Part shown: positions 1 through 12,567 of the stretch, piece by piece
Position numbering within the stretch: position 1 is the first letter of the stretch
How the letters are laid out: each line of letters begins with the position of its first letter
Assembly: GCA_000043285.1 (NCBI GenBank)
Contig: BX248583.1
Span: 540,001-572,000 of the forward strand
Reading direction: 5' to 3'
Source: Candidatus Blochmanniella floridana
Lineage (GTDB): Bacteria; Pseudomonadota; Gammaproteobacteria; Enterobacterales; Enterobacteriaceae
Length of the DNA stretch: 32,000 nt
The notes under the pieces: generated by a model
The model's database searches: none
Seen by the model: the letters and a program-made list of their open reading frames with translations, nothing else
What the model was told of the DNA's origin: nothing
Made by a program: the position numbers and the translations under genes

Positions 1-2725
1 GATCCATACTAAATTTAACTGGCAAACACAACACTTGATCCATGCACGTAAATTTAATATACATATTTTCTTGTATATTTATATATTTAGCATCTAATAT
101 ATTAAGCATCGCATAAGGATTTAACATACAATTTTTAATACATTCAACGTTTTGAGAGGTCTCTTCACTACCAAATAAATGCCAATAAGGAGCCACTATC
201 CATTTATTTGTATATTTAGAAATATTCAAAGAATTAGATGCAAATTTTAACCAATTTATACTTTTATAAAGATTATCATCAATACATTTATTCTCTTGTC
301 CCGTATCAAATAACAAAACTCCTGGATCAGATGGATACAAATTACCACCTATTTGATCCTGAAATTTATTCCAAGCTTGTGGAGAATTCCAACCTGGAGC
401 CCAAACAAATGGTATTTGATTATACGAACATTTTTTACTATAATTACCACTATTACCTTCCATAGAAAAAGTAAACATCGTATTATCATTTATTGGAGTA
501 CTAGTTTCATGAACATTCACATTAGCATTTATAGAAGTTCGACCGCTATATCTATGAGTAGATTGAGCTAATTTTTGACCATGTACTCTAAAATTTGACT
601 TTGGAGAAGCATATTTAATTTTTTTTAATTCTGGAAAACAACATGCAATAGAATCAATTATATAATCAATATTTACTGCTTTAACTCTAGTACAATTAAC
701 ATAAGTATCATGTATCAAATATAACCATTTCCAACTTTCTAAAATATCCGAATTTTTATCATAATTTTGAGGATTATATAATTTAAAAAATCTTTGAGCC
801 CTTCCTTCATAATTAATAACAGTACCATCACTTTCAGCAAAACTAGAAACAGGAAAAATCAAATCTGCTTTATCTTGAATTATATTATATTGATGATCTA
901 ATACTATTAAATAATTTATATTACTCAACATTTTATTAATTTTTGCCACACTAGCATGACGATATAAATCATTTTCTAATATTATGACAGTATTAAATAC
1001 TGCATTACCATTATTTGTATCACTTAACGTATTAAATACATCATCTACACTTTTAGATGTCATCATAGATAAACCAATGCTATTGACATCATGATCAACT
1101 AACACAAGTCCAACATCACTTTTCTTTCTTTTTAAGGCATAAGCAATATTCACAGCAGCTATAATCAATTCCTTACTTCCTGAATTACTACCAGATACAA
1201 TTAATGGCTTCCTAGCACACATTAACTTTTCTACTACTAAATCTAATTTAGTAATATCTAATCCATTCAAATTAAAATCTTTAACAAAAGAAACTTGATT
1301 ATCCACAGCATATGCTATAGAAAACCCAAATCGAGCTTGATTTTGCACTGAATCATAATACGTATACATCGCAATATCATCTAATTTTGTTTTATCAATT
1401 CCAGTAATAAATAAAGGATACTTAGCATCTTGAGCAAAATTAGTAACAGCTAAAGATTGCCACTTATAAATTCCTACATATTTTGCCATATGATCAGACT
1501 TACTCCTAACAGCTTGACGAATGGCTAATGCAATACGAGCGCTAGTTTGTGTTACATCTTCACCTAATATTAATATTGCATCATAATTCTCTATATCACA
1601 TACTGATGGAATATATATACCGCTATTACGTAATATCTCGAAAATTAACGATAATCGTTCTTGTTCAAAAAAACTCATTCCAGAATAAAAATTATCTGCA
1701 CCTACTAAATTTCTCAGAGCAAAATTACTTTCAATACTAGCTCTTGTAGATCCAATCCCAATAATTTTATTACTACTTTTTAATATATTGACACAATCTT
1801 GTACTGCATCAACTGCGTTTATTTCAATATAACCACAATTATTTTGTTTTTTTAATAATTTTTGAGGTCGATTTTTGATATGAATATAATTACAACCAAA
1901 TCTTCCTCGATCACACAAAAAATAACCATTAACTTTGCTATTATAACGATTTTCAACTCTACATAATTTTCCGTAACGTTCACCCAAAATAATATTACAT
2001 CCAACACTGCACTGATGACAAATACTAGGCGCAAAAGTTATATCCCATTTACGAGCATAATTTTTAGATTGAGTTTTATCGGTAAAAACCCCAGTAGGAC
2101 AAATTTCTACTAAATTACCAGAAAACTCACTCTGTAATATACCATCTTGAACTCTCCCAAAATAAATATTATCATGTACCCCAAACACACCCAAATCATT
2201 TCCACCAGCATAATCCTTATAATAACGTACACATCGATAACAAGTAATACATCTATTCATTTCATGAGTAATAAATGGACCTAAATACTGATTATAATGA
2301 GTCCGTTTAGTAAATCTATAACGCCGATATGTATGCTCAACCATTACAGCCATATCTTGCAAATGACAATTACCCCCTTCTTCACACACAGGACAATCAT
2401 GTGGATGATTAACCATTAAAAGTTCTAATATATTCTTTCTAAACTCCTGTAATTCCTTATCAAATAAAGAAATATACATATCTTTTATTACAGGAGTCAT
2501 ACAAGACATAACTAATCTACCAAAATTAATATGCTTAGAATCAGGAACACAATGTAAATTATCATACAACTTCACTGCACATTGCCTGCAAGAACCAATA
2601 CTACCCAAAGCTGGATGCCAACAAAAATATGGAACATTAAATCCTAATGAAAGACACACTTCCAACACATTTTTAGTATCCTCCACCATATACTTTTTTT
2701 CTTCTATATAAATAGGAATCATCAT
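1..2725 (-). CDS. nuoG: NADH-quinone oxidoreductase subunit G, 3' end cut by the window edge
   Basis: ATG at 2725 reads [52 protein letters not shown], the NuoG N-terminal 2Fe-2S region. Positions ~2330-2410 translate by hand to [25 protein letters not shown], the NuoG Fe-S motif. The frame holds 908 codons from 2725 to 2 with no stop; any in-frame stop would have produced a track entry starting at 2725, and none exists. It follows nuoF as in the nuo operon. Confidence 0.9.
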
Positions 2726-2837
2726 TTCTTTAAGCAACTTACTTAATTAATTTAACAAATAACAACATACTATCACACATAAAACTTATCAACATACCTA
2801 CTATATGATATAAAACAATCATGAATCAAATCCTGAT

Positions 2838-4175
2838 TTAAATAATTTGAATGCATTTAATATTGTTATCACGCGTATGCAAATTATTTAAATTAACACC
2901 CAATTCAAATTCATCGCGAAAATATTTTAAAGCACTTTTTAAAGGCTCCATAGCTCCAGGAGCATGCGCACAAAAAGTTTTGCCTGGACCCAATAAATTA
3001 CATAAATGCTCTAACATTATTAAATCTTCAGGATATCCACTATTTTTTTCCAATGCAATAAGCAATTTTACTACCCATGGCAACCCATCTCGACATGGCG
3101 TACACCAACCACAAGATTCTCGAGAAAAAAACTCCTCTAAATTACGCACTAATCCAACCATATTAACAGTATTATCTACTGCTACTGCTATTCCTGTTCC
3201 AAATCTACTACCAACAGATTTAATATTATCAAAATCCATAGGTGTATCTAAATGATTTTCAATTAAAAAATCCGTACTAGCTCCACCCGGTTGCCACGCT
3301 TTTAAATAAAAACCATTACACATACCATACGCATAATCTTCTAAAATTTCTCTAGCAGTTATTCCAAATGGCAATTCCCAAATTCCAGGATTTTTTACTT
3401 TACCAGAAAATCCCATTAACTTCGTACCAGAATCATTACTATATTTAACGGAAATATTTTTGTACCAACTTACTCCATGTTCTATAATTCCAGGAATATT
3501 ACATAAAGTTTCTACATTATTAACACATGTAGGTTTACCCCATAAACCTGACTGAGCTGGAAAAGGAGGTTTAGCTCTAGGAATGGCCCGATTACCTTCT
3601 AAAGAACTAAGCAAAGCTGTTTCTTCTCCACAAATATATCTTCCTGCTCCTGTATGTATAAATAACTCTAAATTAAATTCAGTATTTAAAATATTTTTTC
3701 CCAATAATCCTGCCGATCTAATTTCATTAATAGCAATTCTTAAATACTCTGCTGCAGTCATATACTCATAACGCAAAAAAATATAAGCAACTGATACGCC
3801 CAAAGCATATCCCGCAATTAATATACCCTCTAACAACAAATGAGGTAATCTTTCCATTAAAAAACGATCCTTATATGTTCCTGGTTCCATCTCATCAGCA
3901 TTACATACCAAATAACGTACTAACCCTGATTTATTTTGTGTCATCATAGACCATTTTAATCCAGTTAAAAATCCACCTCCTCCTCGACCTCTCAATCCAG
4001 ATTTATTAATTAACTCAATAATATTAGATTGAGATAAATTAACAATAGCTTTACGAAAAGCCATATACCCATTTTTAGATTGATACTCAGAAAACCACAC
4101 TGGTTTTCTATCTGCACGAATTCTCCACGTTAATGGTTGTCTTTCTGGGCTATAACAATATTTTTCCAATATCAT
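2838..4175 (-). CDS. nuoF: NADH-quinone oxidoreductase subunit F (FMN/NADH-binding, 4Fe-4S)
   Basis: The track ORF is 2838..4223. Homology to NuoF begins at the internal [37 protein letters not shown], whose ATG is at 4175, 2 nt after the nuoE TAG at 4178-4180. Conserved strings seen include [34 protein letters not shown] and [12 protein letters not shown]. Confidence 0.93.
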   Translation of the reverse strand: MILEKYCYSPERQPLTWRIRADRKPVWFSEYQSKNGYMAFRKAIVNLSQSNIIELINKSGLRGRGGGGFLTGLKWSMMTQNKSGLVRYLVCNADEMEPGTYKDRFLMERLPHLLLEGILIAGYALGVSVAYIFLRYEYMTAAEYLRIAINEIRSAGLLGKNILNTEFNLELFIHTGAGRYICGEETALLSSLEGNRAIPRAKPPFPAQSGLWGKPTCVNNVETLCNIPGIIEHGVSWYKNISVKYSNDSGTKLMGFSGKVKNPGIWELPFGITAREILEDYAYGMCNGFYLKAWQPGGASTDFLIENHLDTPMDFDNIKSVGSRFGTGIAVAVDNTVNMVGLVRNLEEFFSRESCGWCTPCRDGLPWVVKLLIALEKNSGYPEDLIMLEHLCNLLGPGKTFCAHAPGAMEPLKSALKYFRDEFELGVNLNNLHTRDNNIKCIQII

Positions 4176-4177
4176 AA

Positions 4178-4642
4178 CTAATACGACCTCAATATTTGCA
4201 TTATATCTGATGGAACAATACATGAATATATTTTCTTATCTATCATAAGAACCGGAGATTTATCACATAAACCCATACAACAAGTAGGTAACAAAGTAAA
4301 CTTATTATCTTGTGTAGTGTTTCCTATCTTAATGCCCAAACTAGACTCTAAAGTTTGTTGAATTTGTTCACATCCATTAATATAACATACATTACTATCA
4401 CAATAACGTACAATATATTTTCCTACCGGTTGCCTAAAAATTTGATTATAGAATGTCGCTATACCTTCTACATCAGATTCAGAGATATGTAATACTTGTG
4501 ACACTAATTTAATTGCATCATCTGATACCCATCCCTGCCTTTTCTGGATAATTTTTAATGCTTCTATTGAAGCAGCTCGATCATTTTCATAATGTGTACA
4601 TTCTAGTCGAATAATATCTAATTCTTCTTTATTAAATTTCAT
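4178..4642 (-). CDS. nuoE: NADH-quinone oxidoreductase subunit E (2Fe-2S)
   Basis: 154-aa ORF with ATG at 4642. Its sequence ([50 protein letters not shown]) matches the NuoE thioredoxin-like 2Fe-2S fold, and it sits between nuoCD and nuoF. Confidence 0.92.
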   Translation of the reverse strand: MKFNKEELDIIRLECTHYENDRAASIEALKIIQKRQGWVSDDAIKLVSQVLHISESDVEGIATFYNQIFRQPVGKYIVRYCDSNVCYINGCEQIQQTLESSLGIKIGNTTQDNKFTLLPTCCMGLCDKSPVLMIDKKIYSCIVPSDIMQILRSY

Positions 4643-4732
4643 AATACAATATTCTAATTTTATAACTACTCTATAATATATTCTTTGTTATTATTAAAAT
4701 TAATTAAACCATACTCTATTCATATACAATAT

Positions 4733-6523
4733 TTAACGATCTACATCCGACATGACAAAATCTATACTGCCTAAATATGCAATCAAATCAGGTATTAAAC
4801 TACCTCTAATAACAGATGGAATTTGCTGCAAATGAGGAAAACTTGGAGTACGAATACGCGTACGATAACTCATAGTATTACCATCACTAATTAGATAGTA
4901 ACTATTAATACCTTTTGTAGCTTCAACCATTTGTAATGACTCATTAGGAGGTATAACTGGACCCCAAGACACCTGAAGAAAATGAGTAATTAAAGTTTCA
5001 ATATGTTTTAAAGCATATTTTTTCATAGGAGGAGTAGTTAACGGATGATCAGATTTAACAGGACCTGTAGGCATATTTTTTAAACATTGGTTTAAAATAC
5101 GTATACTTTGATACATTTCTTCTATTTTTAAAACTAATCTATTATAACAATCACTTAATCCGTTACCAATAGGAATATCAAAATCAAAATTTTCATAACC
5201 AGAATATGGACGAGATTTTCTCAAATCAAATTCAATACCAGTCGCACGCAATCCTGATCCAGTTACCCCCCAACTTAACGCTTCTTTAGCTCCATACGAT
5301 CCAATACCACAAGTACGTTTTTTAAAAATACTATTTTTCAAAGCTATATCAATATAAAATGCAATACGTTTTGGTAACCAATCTAAACACTGTTTCAATA
5401 AATCACTCCAATTTAAAGGTAAATCATCAGCAACTCCACCTATTCTAAACCAAGCTGGATGCATACGAGCTCCAGTAATAGATTCAATAACATCATATAT
5501 TTTCTGTCTATCAGTAAACGCCAAAAATACCGGAGTCATTACTCCTACATCTTGTAAATAAGTACTGACATATAATAAATGACTATTAATTCTAAATAAC
5601 TCAGACAACATGATACGAATAATTTTTGCTCTATCAGGCACAACAATACCAGCAAGTTTTTCAACAGCCAAAACATAGGGCATTTCATTAATACACCCCC
5701 CTAAATATTCAACTCGATCTGTATATGGAATATAACTATGCCATGACTGCCGTTCTCCCATTTTTTCAGCACCCCGATGATGGTATCCAATATCTGGAAC
5801 ACAATCTATAATTTCTTCTCCACTTAACTGTAAAATAATACGAAATACTCCATGCACAGACGGATGATTTGGTCCTAAATTAAGAAACATAAAATCTTCA
5901 TGTTTATTATTTCTATGCATACCCCATTCTTCTGGTTTGAATAATAAATCATCCATCGCTAAATCTTCTTTTTTCCGTGTTAAAGTAAAAGCAGGATAAA
6001 ATTCCGTAGCACGTGCTGGATACTCTTTACGTAATGGAAAACCCTTCCAACATTTTGGCATTATAATTCGAGTTAAATTAGGATGATAATCAAAATGTAT
6101 TCCAAACATTTCCCATGTTTCCCGCTCATACCAATTTGCATTCATAAAAACAGAAGTAATTGTTGTAACATTCATAGCATTTTCTAATAAAGGAACCTTT
6201 AAAATCACATCATAATTACGTGACATCGACATAATATGATAAAAAACTGTGAAATCAGCCTCTGGCAATTCTTTTCTATACATCCGCAATCTTTCATCAA
6301 TTCCATGTAAATCATATAACATAACATGTGGTGCTAATATTTGTTTTAAAAATTCCATTATTGGTATAATTCTTTCTTTAGGAATCCAAATAATTAAAGA
6401 ATCAATATAAGCCGATTGCAATATCAAATCATGTGACCCAAATTTGGTAATTAAACTATCCCAAATCTTATGCTTTTCTATAACACAAGAATCAATATGA
6501 ATATACTTATTATCATTCATCAT
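4733..6523 (-). CDS. nuoC: NADH-quinone oxidoreductase fused subunit C/D
   Basis: 596-aa ORF with ATG at 6523. It aligns along its full length with the fused enterobacterial NuoCD ([61 protein letters not shown], and the C-terminal [13 protein letters not shown]). Confidence 0.95.
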   Translation of the reverse strand: MMNDNKYIHIDSCVIEKHKIWDSLITKFGSHDLILQSAYIDSLIIWIPKERIIPIMEFLKQILAPHVMLYDLHGIDERLRMYRKELPEADFTVFYHIMSMSRNYDVILKVPLLENAMNVTTITSVFMNANWYERETWEMFGIHFDYHPNLTRIIMPKCWKGFPLRKEYPARATEFYPAFTLTRKKEDLAMDDLLFKPEEWGMHRNNKHEDFMFLNLGPNHPSVHGVFRIILQLSGEEIIDCVPDIGYHHRGAEKMGERQSWHSYIPYTDRVEYLGGCINEMPYVLAVEKLAGIVVPDRAKIIRIMLSELFRINSHLLYVSTYLQDVGVMTPVFLAFTDRQKIYDVIESITGARMHPAWFRIGGVADDLPLNWSDLLKQCLDWLPKRIAFYIDIALKNSIFKKRTCGIGSYGAKEALSWGVTGSGLRATGIEFDLRKSRPYSGYENFDFDIPIGNGLSDCYNRLVLKIEEMYQSIRILNQCLKNMPTGPVKSDHPLTTPPMKKYALKHIETLITHFLQVSWGPVIPPNESLQMVEATKGINSYYLISDGNTMSYRTRIRTPSFPHLQQIPSVIRGSLIPDLIAYLGSIDFVMSDVDR

Positions 6524-6652
6524 AACTTTTTATACTCTAACTTATATCATCTTATATCAATAAATAACCTAATCAACAGTAACACAACACAAATAAACAT
6601 TATTTTCTATATAATCAATTGCACTACTTGTAAATTTATAATATTCTAACAA

Positions 6653-7324
6653 CTAATCTGTATCAGAGAATTCAACTGCAGATATACGATCTTTACGTTT
6701 TAATTCTCGTTCTGACTTCATATTCATTTTATACACCCCTTGATCATCTATAACCCAAGACAACGGTCTTCTCTCTTTATTAATAGATTTTTTTAATAAC
6801 AACAAAGCTTGAATATATGCTTCAGGTCTAGGAGGACATCCAGGTATGTAAATATCTACAGGAAGAAATTTATCTACCCCTTGTACTACAGAATAAATAT
6901 CATACATTCCTCCTGAATTAGCGCAAGATCCCATAGAAATTACCCATTTTGGTTCTAACATTTGATCATACAACCGTTGAATGATGGGAACCATTTTTAA
7001 AAATGGAGTCCCTGCTATAACCATAAAATCTGATTGTCTAGGTGACGATCGTAATACTTCTGACCCAAACCTAGCAACATCATGTACAGCAGTAAAAGCA
7101 GTAGTCATTTCAACGTAACAACAAGATAATCCAAAATTATAAGGCCACAAAGAATTACTTCTGCCCCAATTAACTGCTTTATGTAATAAATTTTTCAACT
7201 TTCCAAAATACACATTCTTTTCAATTTGCTTGTCCAACGGATCAGCAACTGGTTTCTGATCTTGCTCTGGATATACAGAATCATCATCTTGATTAGTTCT
7301 AGCTAACGTTAAAGTATATTTCAT
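6653..7324 (-). CDS. nuoB: NADH-quinone oxidoreductase subunit B
   Basis: 223-aa ORF with ATG at 7324. Conserved strings are [37 protein letters not shown] and [10 protein letters not shown], which include the N2 cluster cysteines. Confidence 0.95.
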   Translation of the reverse strand: MKYTLTLARTNQDDDSVYPEQDQKPVADPLDKQIEKNVYFGKLKNLLHKAVNWGRSNSLWPYNFGLSCCYVEMTTAFTAVHDVARFGSEVLRSSPRQSDFMVIAGTPFLKMVPIIQRLYDQMLEPKWVISMGSCANSGGMYDIYSVVQGVDKFLPVDIYIPGCPPRPEAYIQALLLLKKSINKERRPLSWVIDDQGVYKMNMKSERELKRKDRISAVEFSDTD

Positions 7325-7329
7325 AATTA

Positions 7330-7761
7330 TTATTTATCATTTTTAAAAAATTTCGATCTACCAATATACAAACTATCTACACGACTATATTCATTTAATC
7401 GATTTTTCCAATTAAATACCCCTACATACGTTGCATATATTAAACTAATTAATAAAATAAACACAAATATACATACCTCAATAAATCCTATCCAACCAGT
7501 TTCTTGAATAGATACCGACCAAATATATAAATATATCCCTTCTACATCAAAAATAACAAAAATCATTGCAATCAAATAAAATTTAACCGAAAACCTTGCT
7601 CTAGCATCACCTACAGATTTAATTCCTGATTCAAATGGAACATTCTTAAACCTCGAATAAGAACGACCACCTAAAAAATAACCACATAACAACATAAATA
7701 CACACAAAAACACTGATCCTACTATATAACTTAATACCCCACAACACTCAGTTTCTTGCAT
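7330..7761 (-). CDS. nuoA: NADH-quinone oxidoreductase subunit A
   Basis: 143-aa membrane ORF with ATG at 7761, preceded on the coding strand by AAGGA-tataa-ATG. [35 protein letters not shown] matches NuoA. It is the first gene of the operon. Confidence 0.92.
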   Translation of the reverse strand: MQETECCGVLSYIVGSVFLCVFMLLCGYFLGGRSYSRFKNVPFESGIKSVGDARARFSVKFYLIAMIFVIFDVEGIYLYIWSVSIQETGWIGFIEVCIFVFILLISLIYATYVGVFNWKNRLNEYSRVDSLYIGRSKFFKNDK

Positions 7762-8198
7762 TTATATCCTTACTACTATACATTGATTTATTAATATACA
7801 AACTCTTTTCTCTACATAATCTTCATAACAACATCATACCATAATAATATACAATTCATTATCAAACTAAATTATAAAAGACCAAATACCAAATTCCATC
7901 ATTACTGTTAATCAATCTTATTATCTAATCATCAATACATACCTATATATAAACCCGTAATATATAATTCAATTTAATTAAATATTAACAATAATAATCA
8001 TATATGAAAATATAAATCTATTTTGATCACTCACTTTTATTATTCATAACATATCTTATTCCATGAATTTATGTACATTACAACATAAAAACTGCAATAT
8101 TTTATTCAGTACTATACAACCACTATTACCTTATTCAATATAACTATATATAATCACAATCATCAACATTGTAACTATACATATTAATTTTATCCTTA

Positions 8199-9446
8199 TT
8201 AATTTTTAGATATTAATCTAATAATAGGGCTTACTGCATAAAATGAACCAAACACTAATACACAGTCGTTTTTATGAGAATCCGCAATAGCCTGTTTCCA
8301 AGCACTTATTACATCTTCAAAATATTTCACATTAAAATCATCAAAATAACTGCACAACTGCTCCATACTGAAAGATAATGATGTATTTAATTTAGCGCAA
8401 TACCAAATATTAACCAATTTACTTAAACAAAATATAGTTTTTTTTATATCTTTATTTTTTAACATACCTATTACTACTCGTACAATACCTTTAGTTGAAA
8501 CCATTGCAGATAATTTCGATATTATATAAAAAGCAGCATGAGGATTATGTCCGACGTCTAATACAACAAGTGGTTCGTAATTAATCACCTGAAACCGACC
8601 CAACACAGTCACATGTTTTAATCCGTAACATATTGACTTTTTGGAAACTAAAAAAGGCAACCAATGTAATACACTTATAACAGTAGCTGCATTCTCTAAT
8701 GGAATTACAGAAAAAGGTAAATTAATTATATTTTTATAAACATTATAACTAAACCAAACCCATTCATTTTTATAACAACAAACATTCCAATCTCGCCCTC
8801 GAGCAAATAATACTGATTTTTGATACTTTATTATTTTATCTATAACACATGGTCGATTTATACTTCCAAATATCACTGGTTTTTTTGCACGAAAAATACC
8901 AGCTTTTTCTATAGCAATATCATTATGCGTTGTACCTAAAATATCAGTATGATCCATTTCTATATTGGTAATAACAGAAACATCTGGATCCACAACATTT
9001 GTAGCATCTAAACGGCCTCCTAATCCAACCTCAAGTATAACTACATCTAATTGAAATTTCTTAAATATATATAATGCTGATAAAGTAATAAACTCAAAAT
9101 AAGTTAATTTAACACCACTACGAACTTGTTCAATAGCAATCATTGCTTGAATATGGACATCATCTGAAAGTACTTGACCACATACTCGAATCCGTTCATT
9201 ATAAAATAACAAATGTGGAGAAGTGTATAATCCCACCTTAATATCACTATGCAATAATATTGATTCTAACAAAAAACATGTAGTACCTTTTCCATTCGTA
9301 CCACCAACTAACACAGTATATATTTCAAATGGTATTAATTTTAATGCAAAAGCAACGCTTCGTATTCTTTCTAAATTTAAATCAATTACAACAGGATTTA
9401 AATTCTGAATATAATCTAACCAATCTACTAATGTACACTTACGCAT
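8199..9446 (-). CDS. folC: Dihydrofolate synthase / folylpolyglutamate synthase
   Basis: 415-aa ORF with ATG at 9446. It carries the Mur-ligase P-loop VGGTNGKGTT and a DWLDYIQNL...IDLNLERI N-terminus like FolC, and it lies next to accD as in E. coli. Confidence 0.9.
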   Translation of the reverse strand: MRKCTLVDWLDYIQNLNPVVIDLNLERIRSVAFALKLIPFEIYTVLVGGTNGKGTTCFLLESILLHSDIKVGLYTSPHLLFYNERIRVCGQVLSDDVHIQAMIAIEQVRSGVKLTYFEFITLSALYIFKKFQLDVVILEVGLGGRLDATNVVDPDVSVITNIEMDHTDILGTTHNDIAIEKAGIFRAKKPVIFGSINRPCVIDKIIKYQKSVLFARGRDWNVCCYKNEWVWFSYNVYKNIINLPFSVIPLENAATVISVLHWLPFLVSKKSICYGLKHVTVLGRFQVINYEPLVVLDVGHNPHAAFYIISKLSAMVSTKGIVRVVIGMLKNKDIKKTIFCLSKLVNIWYCAKLNTSLSFSMEQLCSYFDDFNVKYFEDVISAWKQAIADSHKNDCVLVFGSFYAVSPIIRLISKN

Positions 9447-9539
9447 AAATAATCATAAATATCTTTTATATTAAATACATACACATAAAAATCAATATAT
9501 TCAAATTATCATATAACATATCAATAAAAATCAAACGTA

Positions 9540-10403
9540 TTATTTTTCGGAAAATGATTGCTGAGTAAGTTTCGATAATAAATTCGCTATTTTCAATCTC
9601 ATATCCGGTCTACGTACTATCAAATCAATTACTCCTTTTTCTAATAAAAATTCACTGCGTTGAAACCCTAACGGCAATTTTTCTCGTACTGTTTGCTCAA
9701 TCACTCTAGGACCAGCAAATCCTATAAGTGCTTTTGGTTCAGCAATATTAATGTCACCTAACATACCTAAACTAGCCGATACTCCTCCCATCGTAGGATT
9801 AGTTAATACAGAAATATAAGGTAAACATCGATCATATAAAACAGCTAAAGCTGCACTAGTTTTTGCCATTTGCATTAATGATACAAAAGCCTCTTGCATA
9901 CGAGCTCCGCCACTGGAAGAAAAACAAACAAATGGGCATTTAAGTTTTAAAGATTGATTTACAGCCTGTACAAAACGCGATCCCACTGCCGATGACATCG
10001 ATCCACCAATAAAATCAAATTCAAAAGCAGCTACAACAACCTGCATAGAATATATAGTACCTTGCATAACGATTAATGCTTCTTTTTCTTGCGTCTTTTT
10101 TTGAGCGTCAATTAAACGATCCTTATATTTCTTCCGATCTTTAAATTTAAAAATATCTTTTGGTAATAATTCCTGACCCAATTCACAAACACTACCTTGA
10201 TCTAAAAACGCTAACAACCTCGATCTAGCAGAAATTTTCATATGAAAATCACACTTAGGACATACTTGTAAATTACGTTCTAACTCTTTAGTGTATAATA
10301 ATTGAACACAACCACTACACTTCGTCCATATTCCTTCTGGAACATGCATTTTTTTTGTAGTTAAAACAATATTTTTATTTATAATACGCTCTATCCAATT
10401 CAT
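9540..10403 (-). CDS. accD: Acetyl-CoA carboxylase carboxyltransferase beta subunit
   Basis: 287-aa ORF with ATG at 10403. The N-terminus MNWIERI...[33 protein letters not shown] contains the CxxC...CxxC zinc finger, followed by the carboxyltransferase core GGSMSSAVG...SGGARMQE. Confidence 0.95.
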   Translation of the reverse strand: MNWIERIINKNIVLTTKKMHVPEGIWTKCSGCVQLLYTKELERNLQVCPKCDFHMKISARSRLLAFLDQGSVCELGQELLPKDIFKFKDRKKYKDRLIDAQKKTQEKEALIVMQGTIYSMQVVVAAFEFDFIGGSMSSAVGSRFVQAVNQSLKLKCPFVCFSSSGGARMQEAFVSLMQMAKTSAALAVLYDRCLPYISVLTNPTMGGVSASLGMLGDINIAEPKALIGFAGPRVIEQTVREKLPLGFQRSEFLLEKGVIDLIVRRPDMRLKIANLLSKLTQQSFSEK

Positions 10404-10521
10404 TTATTAACTCTATTACTTAACGCACTCTTCCAAAAAACTAAAAATATATTTAACAATATTTAAAATTCAACATTAAATATATTTATATAATTCTCAT
10501 CAACTACATAACTACTTACTA

Positions 10522-11280
10522 TTATTTTTGAAATAAATAATACCTTGGGTATTTTATTTCAACTAAATACAAACCACTAGCAGGTGCTGTAATTCTATTT
10601 AATGATCCTCTATAATTTTTTAATAATTCTAAAATCCATGTCACTGGTTTATTTCCGCATCCTACCTCTACCAAACTACCTACAATATTACGAACCATCC
10701 GATATAAAAAAGCATTGGCTCGAATATCGATTACCACATAATGTCCTTGACGTATAACACGCAAGTGATATATATTCCTATTAGTAGAACATGACTGAGA
10801 TCCCGATGATCTAAATACCGAAAAATCATTTTCTCCCAATAAATATTGAGCTGCTTTAGACATCTTATTCACGTCTAAAAACCTTGAATAACTCCATACT
10901 CTCTTACAAAACACAGCTGATCTTATTCTATTATTATAAATAAAATAACAATATCGACGAGAAATAGCACTAAACCGAGCATGAAAACTATTGTCTACCT
11001 CACTAACCCAACGCACACAAATATCGTTTGGTAAATGGCAATTCACCCCTAAAGTCCAAGCAGACCTTGAACACTTTAACTGAGTTTCAAAATGTACAAT
11101 TTGTTCTAATGCATGTACTCCAGAATCAGTTCTACCCCCACAAAATACCAATATTGATTCTGATGAAACTTTACTTAAAGCATATTCTAGACAACTTTGT
11201 ATACTTGATACACATTTTTGCTTTTGCCAACCACAATACATCGATCCATCATATTCTACTCCTAAAACCAACTTTTGCAT
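10522..11280 (-). CDS. truA: tRNA pseudouridine(38-40) synthase
   Basis: 252-aa ORF with ATG at 11280. It shows LGVEYDGSMYCGWQKQ and the catalytic-Asp motif GGRTDSGVHA, plus FLYRMVRNIVGSL. Confidence 0.92.
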   Translation of the reverse strand: MQKLVLGVEYDGSMYCGWQKQKCVSSIQSCLEYALSKVSSESILVFCGGRTDSGVHALEQIVHFETQLKCSRSAWTLGVNCHLPNDICVRWVSEVDNSFHARFSAISRRYCYFIYNNRIRSAVFCKRVWSYSRFLDVNKMSKAAQYLLGENDFSVFRSSGSQSCSTNRNIYHLRVIRQGHYVVIDIRANAFLYRMVRNIVGSLVEVGCGNKPVTWILELLKNYRGSLNRITAPASGLYLVEIKYPRYYLFQK

Positions 11281-11436
11281 TACATTAAAACACCAATTTA
11301 TAATCTATTAAAATATACGATAACACCACACCATATATTATTCCGTATAACACTTTATTATAATACACTTGATCATTATATATACTACAAATATCATATA
11401 TTACATATCCAAACCGTGCTTTCGATATATACGCAT

Positions 11437-12555
11437 TTATAATGTACTAAAACCGAATTTAAACAAAATATCATTATTATAACCATTTTTTGAATCTACC
11501 AATAAAGATGACCACTCTCTACGAAAACAATAATACTCACGTAATTTATCAAAACCTCTTAATCTTAATACATTATTTTTTAATGCAATATGATCATAAT
11601 ATACATTATATACTAACTGAATCAACCGATTTATTATACACTCATCTAACCTACTTACTGCAATATACCGAATATCTGATAATCCCAAACTGATCCAATT
11701 AACCTTATTTTTCACATTAAAATAATCACAATAATCATCATATATTTTTTTAATGCTCCGTATTCTACTTTCAAAACTATAACCAGCAATATGCGCTGTT
11801 CCTATATCTACATATGATAACAAAGGTAAAGATAATTTTGGCTCTGATTCCCATACATCTAATATAACATTGATCTTTTTTCCACATCGTAATATTGCCA
11901 ATAAATCATCATTATTAACTACTGCACCTCTAGAAGTGTTAATTAATATACTGTTAGATGGCAACGCATCCAATATATCTTTATTTATCATATGCCATGT
12001 AGGGTAAGCCCCTGTATAAGTTAAAGGAACATGTAATGTCAAAATATCTGATTTTGAAACTAGTATATCCAATGACTTCCATGACATCCTGTCAGTATCA
12101 CATTTTGATTTATAAGGATCATACAATAATGTATGTACTCCCAAACTATTCAATCTTTGATATAACAAATTACCTATGTTCCCTACTCCAATAATTCCAA
12201 CTGTTTTATCACGCAAAAAAAAACAATCACGTTGTGCTAACCAAAACAATGTTGCACAAACGTATTCCACAACTGATACCGCATTACTTCCTGGAGTAGA
12301 AACACATCTAATATTATTATTTTTTAAATAATTCTGATCAATATGATCCACACCAGAAGTAACTGTACCAATAAACTTTATAGAACTATCATACAACAAC
12401 ATATGATTCACTTTAGTAATCGACCGTATTATCAATACATCTACATCTTTTAGCATGTTAGCAGAAATAGATCTACCATCGCACACTTGTACATAATTAT
12501 CTGACCCAAATAATTTATAAACATACGGTATAGCTTGATCTGCTAATATCCTCAA
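11437..12555 (-). CDS. pdxB: Erythronate-4-phosphate dehydrogenase (PLP biosynthesis); TTG start
   Basis: 372-aa ORF whose MRILADQAIPY...IIRSITKVN aligns from residue 1 with E. coli PdxB (MKILVDENMPY...MVRSVTKVN). The codon at 12555-12553 is TTG. The next in-frame ATG is residue 34, inside conserved sequence. NAD-binding GIIGVGNIG is present. Confidence 0.9.
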   Translation of the reverse strand: MRILADQAIPYVYKLFGSDNYVQVCDGRSISANMLKDVDVLIIRSITKVNHMLLYDSSIKFIGTVTSGVDHIDQNYLKNNNIRCVSTPGSNAVSVVEYVCATLFWLAQRDCFFLRDKTVGIIGVGNIGNLLYQRLNSLGVHTLLYDPYKSKCDTDRMSWKSLDILVSKSDILTLHVPLTYTGAYPTWHMINKDILDALPSNSILINTSRGAVVNNDDLLAILRCGKKINVILDVWESEPKLSLPLLSYVDIGTAHIAGYSFESRIRSIKKIYDDYCDYFNVKNKVNWISLGLSDIRYIAVSRLDECIINRLIQLVYNVYYDHIALKNNVLRLRGFDKLREYYCFRREWSSLLVDSKNGYNNDILFKFGFSTL

Positions 12556-12561
12556 ATTATT

Positions 12562-12567
12562 CTCCTT
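12562..12567 (-). promoter_or_regulatory. Shine-Dalgarno AAGGAG for pdxB
   Basis: The coding strand reads TAAGGAGAATAAT-TTG, placing a perfect AAGGAG 6 nt upstream of the TTG start at 12555. Confidence 0.7.

Noticed and set aside
1-6. The window begins with GATCC, a half BamHI/Sau3AI site that could hint at a cloning junction.
   Set aside because: The nuoG reading frame continues smoothly to base 1 and the window boundaries are arbitrary. A 4-5 nt match at one position is meaningless.
238-2034. Track ORFs 238..465(+), 353..571(+), 1549..1740(+) and 1852..2034(-), in a region with no long ORF listed.
   Set aside because: The region is filled by nuoG on the minus strand. That frame is open from 2725 to the window edge, so it has no in-window stop and was not listed. 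The small ORFs are antisense or out of frame, low-complexity, and show no family resemblance.
2851-3255. A 134-aa plus-strand ORF, plus similar antisense or out-of-frame ORFs at 3583..3771, 9223..9408, 11028..11288, 11490..11693, 13309..13527, 17879..18109, 19541..19768, 21071..21307, 24662..24922 and 26063..26287.
   Set aside because: Each lies wholly inside a strongly supported conserved gene on the opposite strand or in another frame. Their translations are low-complexity with no recognisable motifs. Long antisense ORFs of this kind are expected by chance opposite highly constrained genes.
4176-4223. N-terminal extensions of track ORFs: nuoF to 4223, fabB to 14087, mntH to 18405, gltX to 21724, ptsH from 25523, ptsI from 25800 and cysW to 29680.
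   Set aside because: Homology to the E. coli proteins begins at internal ATGs. These also remove overlaps with upstream genes, and several of the extended starts are GTG or TTG codons with no Shine-Dalgarno sequence.
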